A stretch of 64,000 bases of DNA from a virus (lineage: Duplodnaviria > Caudoviricetes). Made by a program: the position numbers and the translations under genes. Positions 1 through 7,049 of this stretch are shown here, one piece after another (positions within the stretch are counted from its first letter, which is position 1; each line of letters begins with the position of its first letter). The DNA lies in the IMG/VR virus record IMGVR_UViG_3300017987_005501; one strand, written 5' to 3'. The notes beneath the pieces were generated by a model. The model did not search any database and had not been told where the DNA came from. It saw only the letters and a list, made by a program, of their open reading frames with translations.

Positions 1-183
1 TGGTAACTCGCCTAAACCTTGCTCGTCGTAATAAAACTCCTTAATAAAGTCGAAAACTTGAGCTTCCGGCCCAGTCCCAAAGTCATAGCCCGAAGAATGG
101 AGGTGGAGGAAGTTCTGTCTTAGATTATCTTGAGTAGTACTTTTATCCTGGAAATCTATAATAGATTTTAACAACCTTAGCAT
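1..183 (-). CDS. Partial CDS (runs off window start), possible N-terminus of DnaB-like replicative helicase
   Basis: Not in the ORF track. Manual translation from the ATG at 183 gives MLRLLKSIIDFQDKSTTQDNLRQNFLHLHSSGYDFGTGPEAQVFDFIKEFYYDEQGLGELP, open to position 1, with TGAGG SD 7 nt upstream. The product is inferred from its position right after a DnaC-like gene; no catalytic motif is visible. Confidence 0.45.
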   Translation of the reverse strand, partial: MLRLLKSIIDFQDKSTTQDNLRQNFLHLHSSGYDFGTGPEAQVFDFIKEFYYDEQGLGELP

Positions 184-192
184 AATTTAACC

Positions 193-897
193 TCATGATC
201 CTAGAATTCTATCATTAATATTACGAAGTTTTCCGGCAGAACCTTGATCAGGTTTTTGAGGGGAATTGGAAGAAGCTTTAGTTTGCTTTTTATCTGCCCC
301 CAAGGAGACCTTAATAAATTTATTCGTGAACATAGTATCTAACTCGGAAGAGTATTCGTGGATATTCTGGCCAGAATGGAAATCTCTGTAAGTTTGAACC
401 CACGTAAATTTCCCAGTAACAGTTCGCTCGTTTAGAAGTTCGAAGATTTTCCCAGGTAATGCCTGATTTGGGTAGCCTAGATTTCCTAATTTAAGAATTA
501 CAAAAGGACAACTAACGAGCTCCTTTTGTTTTTCAACATCGTCGCTGAACCAAAGATCTATAAGATTGTTATCGAGCACAATTTGATAACGAATTCTCTT
601 AGAGTTGAGCAAGCAATACTTTAGGTGGGAATTAAAAACTTCATTTGTCCCTGTTATAAAAATATTTTTGCCAAGGTAATCAATAAGCTTAGAGGATTTA
701 AGATCCTTCGCGCCCGCCACTATTCCTAAATAGGCATCCTGTTCGTTTTTAATAAGGCAATCACATCTTTTACAAACTGTAATTTCTACATCCTTATAAA
801 GGTCAGGCCGTTTTTCTAGTTTATGGACGTAACCCGTTCCCTTGCATTTTTTGCAATTAGGGTCACCATTAACAAAGTTATAATTAGTTGATTTCAT
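193..897 (-). CDS. DnaC/IstB-like helicase-loader protein with N-terminal Zn finger, degenerate ATPase motifs
   Basis: CKKCKGTG...CKRCDC Zn finger. C-terminal pattern ILKLGNLG...IFELLNER...FTWVQT parallels DnaC/IstB LLILDDLG...IFEIINxR...TIITTN. Start at 897 preferred (TAATG overlap) over 912. Confidence 0.6.
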   Translation of the reverse strand: MKSTNYNFVNGDPNCKKCKGTGYVHKLEKRPDLYKDVEITVCKRCDCLIKNEQDAYLGIVAGAKDLKSSKLIDYLGKNIFITGTNEVFNSHLKYCLLNSKRIRYQIVLDNNLIDLWFSDDVEKQKELVSCPFVILKLGNLGYPNQALPGKIFELLNERTVTGKFTWVQTYRDFHSGQNIHEYSSELDTMFTNKFIKVSLGADKKQTKASSNSPQKPDQGSAGKLRNINDRILGS

Positions 898-1361
898 TAG
901 CTTTTCCACCAATTACGTTCATTCTGTAAAAGCTCTAGCATTGACTTATTATTACCATTTAAGTCATCTAGAATAGCTTTCAAAATTATATTATAGGCAG
1001 CAGGGATTTTCTCGTCCCCTTTTTCCCACCTCTTATATTGGCCGAAGCGACAGCCGATTAGCACACACATCTCATCGCTTGTTTTTTGAAGCTTGTTCCG
1101 AATTTCAATTAAATCCTCTTTATATAAATATTTCTTATAGCCGATAAGAGGGGCTAATTTTGTTTTAACTTGTTTTGTTCTTGCCAGCTCGTATTTTTTA
1201 GAATAATACTTATGCCCACATTCGGGGCATATGTAAACAGGGAGATCCTCTAACATTAGGGTTACCTTTATCGTTTTGTCGTAAACGTATTTCCCTGTTT
1301 CTTTTTCTTCGGCCATTTCTTGATAACCACAGTTTTTACATTTGATTGGCTTATCTGTCAT
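897..1361 (-). CDS. MqsA/YgiT-type Zn finger + Cro/C1 HTH protein (MqsA-family antitoxin-like)
   Basis: CKNCG...LPVYICPECG followed by LIEIRNKLQKTSDEMCVLIG...YKRWEKG, the same architecture as E. coli MqsA. AGGA SD. Confidence 0.8.
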   Translation of the reverse strand: MTDKPIKCKNCGYQEMAEEKETGKYVYDKTIKVTLMLEDLPVYICPECGHKYYSKKYELARTKQVKTKLAPLIGYKKYLYKEDLIEIRNKLQKTSDEMCVLIGCRFGQYKRWEKGDEKIPAAYNIILKAILDDLNGNNKSMLELLQNERNWWKS

Positions 1362-1629
1362 TTTTATTCCTATCTAAATTACTTTGGAGGTTAGTCCCGG
1401 TTTGTTTCAACTGCTTAAATATTTTCTCTGACTCTTTTGCAACCCTTAAAACCATTTCATAAGGTTTTAAGTAAACTTCCTTCAATTCCTCAAAAACTTT
1501 TGAAGCTTTTTTTTCACACTTGTCATGCCTTGGGCACTTAGTACAAAAATTTTGTTGATTCTTTAGCTTATCGTCGACAGAAGCTAAAGGACAGTAATGA
1601 GTAGCAATTACATGGACGGTCCCTTCCAT
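1351..1629 (-). CDS. Hypothetical protein, Cys-containing (C-x15-CxxC-x5-C)
   Basis: 92 aa ORF tiled between neighbours; FCTKCPRHDKC motif. Confidence 0.65.
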   Translation of the reverse strand: MEGTVHVIATHYCPLASVDDKLKNQQNFCTKCPRHDKCEKKASKVFEELKEVYLKPYEMVLRVAKESEKIFKQLKQTGTNLQSNLDRNKNDR

Positions 1630-1631
1630 TT

Positions 1632-2042
1632 TTAATCGTCATCCTCATCATCTGTGTCGTCATCCCCAAAAATTTCCTCTTCTATATTGTAATCCTCCAA
1701 TGAAAGATTTTGCTCTCCACCAATAACAGTCTTTAAAATTTGACAATTATGCCGACAAGGCCCATTATAATAAGAACAAATGACATCATAAGAGCCATCA
1801 GCTTTTATAATAATTATAGCATTCCCTTCATTTTCAAATTCTGTGTGTGGCAATGTTGGGGCAAAACCGCACCCAGTAGTAATTACTTCGAAAATAGAAT
1901 TATCAATAGATTTTCCAAGCAACGACTCTAGGCGCATAACATGCTCTTCAAGCTCATTTATTTGTTCTTTATAATCTTTTTCTTTTTTAGAAAAGCTGGG
2001 TTTCGCTTTCGACTTCTTTTTTTTCTTATTTGGATCTTCCAT
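1632..2042 (-). CDS. Hypothetical protein, basic N-terminus and acidic C-terminal tail
   Basis: 136 aa; KKKKKSKAK at N-terminus, GDDDTDDEDDD at C-terminus; TAATG coupling. Confidence 0.75.
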   Translation of the reverse strand: MEDPNKKKKKSKAKPSFSKKEKDYKEQINELEEHVMRLESLLGKSIDNSIFEVITTGCGFAPTLPHTEFENEGNAIIIIKADGSYDVICSYYNGPCRHNCQILKTVIGGEQNLSLEDYNIEEEIFGDDDTDDEDDD

Positions 2043-2428
2043 TAGGATTTAATCTCGCTAATAAATCTTTCATAAAAAGCGGTGCGAAGGATCGATAGGT
2101 GTTTAATAAACTCTTGTAAACTTATATTGAATCCCTTCTTTAGTTTTACAATTTCTAAGTAAAAGTCTTTATAAAATGTTGTTTCATCAGTTTGATAATC
2201 CTCTTTTATTGTGAATAGGGATGTGATTCTACTGGCATGAACCAATAAATCTTGATAAAACGGGTCTCCTGGAATTGAAACGTCGTTATAAGTTTGTGTC
2301 GTTTTTAGACGAAGGTTTTCAAAGAGATTCTTCGCAATCTTAGGATTTGTTCTAGATTGTGATAGAAATTTCTGAATTAACTCGTTTAGTTTAACCCTCT
2401 GTTTTTCCGATAATCTTCCCAAGTTCAT
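2042..2428 (-). CDS. Hypothetical helical protein
   Basis: The ORF track starts at 2497. The ATG at 2428 has GGAGG SD and avoids a 65-nt overlap. Confidence 0.7.
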   Translation of the reverse strand: MNLGRLSEKQRVKLNELIQKFLSQSRTNPKIAKNLFENLRLKTTQTYNDVSIPGDPFYQDLLVHASRITSLFTIKEDYQTDETTFYKDFYLEIVKLKKGFNISLQEFIKHLSILRTAFYERFISEIKS

Positions 2429-2432
2429 ATAA

Positions 2433-2756
2433 TTAACCCTCCAAAAGCCTTTTAAAATAATTTTTAAGAGTATCCATATAGGCTTGGAATACTTCAAAAC
2501 TTAGATCCAAACCTCGAGTATTAGTTAAAACCTCTTGGAAAAGTTTCCAAAAATAAGCCCTTTCTTCGACTAATTTAGAGTGGTCTAGCAGCTCTTCAAT
2601 AGAAACAGCCTGGAAGATATTTTCGAAAAATCGGTCCTCTCTAGGAGCAAGGGTATAGTTTGATTGGGCAATATGCCAACGCAATTTATCATATAATTCG
2701 TCCAAATCTTCAGCTTCTAGGTTATTTAAGAAATCCCTAAATTTTTCCCCTAACAT
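2433..2756 (-). CDS. Hypothetical helical protein
   Basis: 107 aa, AAGGA SD supplied by the 20-bp repeat. Confidence 0.7.
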   Translation of the reverse strand: MLGEKFRDFLNNLEAEDLDELYDKLRWHIAQSNYTLAPREDRFFENIFQAVSIEELLDHSKLVEERAYFWKLFQEVLTNTRGLDLSFEVFQAYMDTLKNYFKRLLEG

Positions 2757-2794
2757 AATTTATTCCTTTTCTTTATAATTTATTCCTTTTCTTT
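2755..2794. repeat. Perfect 20-bp tandem duplication (ATAATTTATTCCTTTTCTTT x2)
   Basis: Copies at 2755-2774 and 2775-2794 read directly from the sequence. Confidence 0.95.
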
Positions 2795-2968
2795 GTTTTT
2801 AAGCCCTTCTGCTAAATCCTCGGCCCATTCAAAAATAGTTTTCCCTGGCCTGTAATTACCTGATGTCCCAACCCAAACAAATCCACAATTCTTGCAAAAT
2901 TGCGCTAGACTATCTGGAATCGGGATAAATTCATTATGTTTGCATTTAGGGCATTCTGGGGTTGGCAT
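2780..2968 (-). CDS. Small Zn-ribbon protein
   Basis: CPKCKH...FCKNCG. Start at 2968 immediately after the SNF2 stop is preferred over 2995. Confidence 0.7.
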   Translation of the reverse strand: MPTPECPKCKHNEFIPIPDSLAQFCKNCGFVWVGTSGNYRPGKTIFEWAEDLAEGLKNKEKE

Positions 2969-2969
2969 A

Positions 2970-4787
2970 TTATTTCTTCCATTTTTGGGCATCATTCTTT
3001 AATTCATTATACAAGATATCAATCATATCCCCTTCGAATCTAAATTCAAATGCTTCTCCGAATAGAATATCGTTTAAGCCTTTCTTACCTCTTACAATCT
3101 TAACCATTTTTTCATCAATGCTTGTATACCTATATTTAGGGGGCAAAACAGACATCATATGAGTAACCAAAATCTTTTCATGCTTGCTATCAAGCCTTCT
3201 ACCCCGGCCCAAAAGTTGAATAAAATCCCCATACGAGATTGGAATATCCAGCAAAATCATAATTCGGGCACTCTGGAGATTAACTGCTTCTACCCCAGCT
3301 TTATTCACGATGATAACATTTGGATCTAATTTTTCTTCAACACACTTTTGAATATGCTTAGGGACCTTTTTCCATTTCTTCTTTGCTTTTAACTCGTCTG
3401 CGTAATCGTTCGCAGCCTTCCAATTTCCAAGGAAGAGTAATTTATTTAATTCTCTTTGCTCGTCGTTTTCTTTTCCAGTAATTCTAAGAGGGTAAATCTT
3501 CCGAATATCATCCTTCTTAGCATTTCTTTTAAGTATCTTCTCTTCTAGAATATCAATCCAGGACCTAAATCTCGTATATACGATGATTTTTTCCCCAACG
3601 AATTCTTCTTCGATAAGGCGCAAGAATTCTTCTTCTTTTGTAGACTTCCCATCAATCTCGAGTAGTTCCGGGTTACTTACAAGTTCTTGCAAATAAGTAA
3701 TTTGAGTTAGCTTGGTAACTTCCTTTTCTTCCCCAGCGTCGTTTTTTAATAAACCGGCAAGGATTTCTCGATACTTATCTAGTTGGCCCGCATTCATTTC
3801 AACCCGAATATCCTTAAAGGTTAATTCGGGTAGCTGTTCCCCAATATTTTCGACTTTTCTTCCAAGGTAATACGGATCTATAATCTTTCTAAATTCATCG
3901 AGGTTTTTATATCCTGTTATAACTGGAAGCTTGAATCTCTTCCCCGGAATTCGAACCAGTTTAGTTTTACAATAACGTTTCATAAAAGTGGATGGGCCGG
4001 GGAATAAATCTGGTTTAATCGCTTTATAAATATTAAAGACTTCTTCAAGACAATTCTTAATTGGGGTTGCTGTTAATGCATAACATGTTTTTGCCTCGGC
4101 TGAAACCTCTTTAACAACATTCCAAGTCTTAGACCCTCTTGTCTTAAATGCTGCTGCTTCGTCAAAAACAATAACGAAATCGTTTGATCTAAGTAAATCC
4201 TCTGGGTCGTCGCGAAGGGAGGCTAAAACCTCTTCCCAGTCGTTCATCAAGAGATGATAATTCATAACCATGACATTATAATTCTCATCTGCGAATTTTT
4301 TATATAATTCTTTCCTCTTTTTAGGGCCGCCCTTGCTGGTTACTTTTAAGGCAGTGATTCCCTTTGTAAACTTCCCGAATTCTTTAACCCATTGTTCTAA
4401 AGCACTTTTTGGGGCAACAACTAAACATTTGAGATTAGGGTCTTTTTCTAGAAGGTAGGTATATGCCGCGATAGTTTGGAGAGTTTTTCCGATACCCGTA
4501 GCATCCCCAAGCAACATTTTACGCATTAACAATAAATGCATAATCCCTTGGACCTGGTAGTATCTAATATTTAAGTCCTCTTCAGCACCAAAAATATCGA
4601 CAATCTTATTTTTCAGGAACTTGCTCGGTTTTAAGGATAGGCTTTTGTCGGATCGGATCTTTTTAAGCTTATCGTAAACCTTAGGCTTGATAAATAGGTA
4701 GGGATTAATGGCGGCCTTACAAGCTTTACATTTATAAGGTTTTTTAAGTTCTAAAGATTCTCCACAATCCGGGCATGTAACTTTCAT
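2970..4787 (-). CDS. SNF2/SWI2-family (SF2) helicase-like ATPase with N-terminal Zn ribbon
   Basis: Walker A GDATGIGKT, motif Ia VVAPKS, Walker B DEAA, motif III ALTATPIKN, motif V AGVEAVNLQ, motif VI QLLGRGRR. N-terminal CPDCG...CKAC. AAGGTGA SD. Confidence 0.92.
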   Translation of the reverse strand: MKVTCPDCGESLELKKPYKCKACKAAINPYLFIKPKVYDKLKKIRSDKSLSLKPSKFLKNKIVDIFGAEEDLNIRYYQVQGIMHLLLMRKMLLGDATGIGKTLQTIAAYTYLLEKDPNLKCLVVAPKSALEQWVKEFGKFTKGITALKVTSKGGPKKRKELYKKFADENYNVMVMNYHLLMNDWEEVLASLRDDPEDLLRSNDFVIVFDEAAAFKTRGSKTWNVVKEVSAEAKTCYALTATPIKNCLEEVFNIYKAIKPDLFPGPSTFMKRYCKTKLVRIPGKRFKLPVITGYKNLDEFRKIIDPYYLGRKVENIGEQLPELTFKDIRVEMNAGQLDKYREILAGLLKNDAGEEKEVTKLTQITYLQELVSNPELLEIDGKSTKEEEFLRLIEEEFVGEKIIVYTRFRSWIDILEEKILKRNAKKDDIRKIYPLRITGKENDEQRELNKLLFLGNWKAANDYADELKAKKKWKKVPKHIQKCVEEKLDPNVIIVNKAGVEAVNLQSARIMILLDIPISYGDFIQLLGRGRRLDSKHEKILVTHMMSVLPPKYRYTSIDEKMVKIVRGKKGLNDILFGEAFEFRFEGDMIDILYNELKNDAQKWKK

Positions 4788-4817
4788 AGTTCACCTTAGT
4801 TTTTCTATATTACTCTT

Positions 4818-5324
4818 TTATTCTGGGGACAGCTTAATATATTCGTGCGGAGAGAATCTAATAGAGGAAAGATCTCCGTAGAAAAGAGGGGAGGAAGCCT
4901 GAGAAGTAGCGTTAACAGACCCGTATTTCCTTGAAAACCGGGGGGTCTCTAAGTCGTCCCAAGCATACGCAAATAATTTAAAGGTTGTAAAATTTGTTAA
5001 ACAGTATGATTCAAAATTTTCCCGTAAATAAATTTTAGCTATATTACTATAGGGGGATCTTTCAGTGAGCAACAAATAAGGATCTAATTCTTGAAAAATA
5101 TAGTACTGCCGAAGATCCCAATGGTTGTGCCACAATTTCCAATCAACCTTGGATTTAATAACACACATTTTAGGCTTTTCTACGTCTATTATATGGGAAG
5201 CTTCTACTAAGGTTCTTCCGTCGTTAAAAAGGTAGTAGACCAGTAAAAGCGTATCTTCTATCGTTGGGTCCCGATACGCATAAATTGGATTAGCATATAC
5301 ACCGATTAGTTTTTGGGTTTGCAT
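4818..5324 (-). CDS. Hypothetical protein
   Basis: 168 aa ORF, TAATG coupled to the upstream gene. Confidence 0.7.
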   Translation of the reverse strand: MQTQKLIGVYANPIYAYRDPTIEDTLLLVYYLFNDGRTLVEASHIIDVEKPKMCVIKSKVDWKLWHNHWDLRQYYIFQELDPYLLLTERSPYSNIAKIYLRENFESYCLTNFTTFKLFAYAWDDLETPRFSRKYGSVNATSQASSPLFYGDLSSIRFSPHEYIKLSPE

Positions 5325-6295
5325 TACGATTTTAGTTTTTGCATAATCCGTTTTAATTCTTGCATTTTTTTATACGCAAGCTTTTTCAGCGCATCCTTAT
5401 TTTTCCGCTTTTCCAATGCTGTTTTAATTCTTTCCTGCCACTTTATAGCCCACTTTTTAGTCTCAGTAAACTGATTTTTGCCGAGGCTATTTCTAATTGT
5501 AGAAACTTTCTTTAATGCCTGTTGCAGTTCCTTAGAAGAAGCATGCTTCAACCACTTTGGGTCTTGTGGAATAACATCACTAGCAGAAACTTCAATAAAG
5601 TCTGCCTGCTGTTTATTAATGTTTTGTAACATTGGGGAGCCGACATATGTTCTTTCAGCTGCACTTTTAGCAATCCCAGGACCATTATACATACGAACTT
5701 CGGGTTCTGTAACCCCTATTGCTTGTGCAGAGTTATTTTCTCGAGTCCCACAACTCCACATATTCAAGACATTAGCGATATTCCCTGCATTTGAAACAAT
5801 AGATTCCCAAAGTGCTAAATTTTGTGGATTTTCAGGAACCATTTTCATTCTATTCCCATAGGGGAATAAAAAGAAAGAAAGATCGGCCCCATGTCCGTCT
5901 GTTACCTTAATTAAGGAGGCTCCGAAGTCTGTAGGTTCTACGTTTAAGATTTTGATTTTAGAAATTGAAGAATCGCCAGCATTATCATAGGCTAATTTTA
6001 AGGTTTCAATAGTTTTAGGGAGATTACTGCTTTGATCAGCTGTGCTTAATTTCATTAAGCTAGCCTCGTCGACAATATCCATCTTTCGCTCTAAAGATTT
6101 TAAGGCTTCCTTATAGCTTGCTGTTTTTCTAATTGGTTCTTCAATTGGGATCAATTTCGAATTTTCCATTTCTTGTTCAATTTGGGCAGAAAGCTGATTA
6201 AGGCGCTCTGAAATTTGTTTAACCATTGAGCTATTAACAGTATCTAGGCTTAACTTTAGTTTTAAGCGCCTTAGTAATTTAGGGATATTAGTCAT
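5324..6295 (-). CDS. Hypothetical protein (possible internal virion protein)
   Basis: 323 aa; basic helical termini, RKTAS motif; AGGA SD. Confidence 0.75.
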   Translation of the reverse strand: MTNIPKLLRRLKLKLSLDTVNSSMVKQISERLNQLSAQIEQEMENSKLIPIEEPIRKTASYKEALKSLERKMDIVDEASLMKLSTADQSSNLPKTIETLKLAYDNAGDSSISKIKILNVEPTDFGASLIKVTDGHGADLSFFLFPYGNRMKMVPENPQNLALWESIVSNAGNIANVLNMWSCGTRENNSAQAIGVTEPEVRMYNGPGIAKSAAERTYVGSPMLQNINKQQADFIEVSASDVIPQDPKWLKHASSKELQQALKKVSTIRNSLGKNQFTETKKWAIKWQERIKTALEKRKNKDALKKLAYKKMQELKRIMQKLKS

Positions 6296-6304
6296 CTCTT
6301 TTTC

Positions 6305-6670
6305 CTACGTAATATAAAATGATCCAAACTGGATAGTTGAGCTAAGTATTGTTTGGAGGCTATTTATGCATGCCGTCTTTAATCTTAAAACATCAGTGGT
6401 TCCCAGTTTTGTTACATTTCCTTTAAAACTTGAGCCAATAAGGATTTCAACCGAATAGATTTCAATATCAAATCCTAATTCTGTAACTGTTTTTGCATCT
6501 AAGCTAACCTTCCCATATAAAAGGGAATCGGGTGTAAACCTAAAATCTCCTCCGTCAAGGTCTGCCTTAAAAGCCGTTAAAAAAGCCTGGATTGCACCCT
6601 CTGACCCAAAATAAGAATTCCAAGAGGATATATTGCTGGCAGATATTTGTTTTAAAAAAGCATTTACCAT
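6305..6670 (-). CDS. Hypothetical protein
   Basis: 121 aa tiled ORF. Confidence 0.7.
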   Translation of the reverse strand: MVNAFLKQISASNISSWNSYFGSEGAIQAFLTAFKADLDGGDFRFTPDSLLYGKVSLDAKTVTELGFDIEIYSVEILIGSSFKGNVTKLGTTDVLRLKTACINSLQTILSSTIQFGSFYIT

Positions 6671-6672
6671 TA

Positions 6673-7023
6673 TTAAACTCTGGCAACATTGATAACTTGT
6701 AAAGAAGTTTCACTTGTAATCGTGGTTGTTCCAAATATTTGCTGTAAAGCTGCATCCATTGCCGACTCTATGTTAGCTAAGGCTGTAAAATCAATATAAC
6801 TCTGTTCCTGAAAAAGGGCGTCGATAATATTAAAGTGTACTCTAAAAGCAGACTCGCCTTGCCTTAATTCAAGTTCTAATGAAATTTTATTGGGGTCAAT
6901 TTGGAATCCTCTGTTATTTAAAAAATTTGCGATATAGTTTTTCAACCTACGTGCTAAAACTTCGGACGAAGGCCAAAACTGATGATAATAAGGGATATCC
7001 CAATTTTGAACATTAATTTCCAT
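6673..7023 (-). CDS. Hypothetical protein
   Basis: 116 aa tiled ORF after an AT-rich 26-nt gap. Confidence 0.7.
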   Translation of the reverse strand: MEINVQNWDIPYYHQFWPSSEVLARRLKNYIANFLNNRGFQIDPNKISLELELRQGESAFRVHFNIIDALFQEQSYIDFTALANIESAMDAALQQIFGTTTITSETSLQVINVARV

Positions 7024-7049
7024 ATTTATATTTAATGATTAAAAGTATA

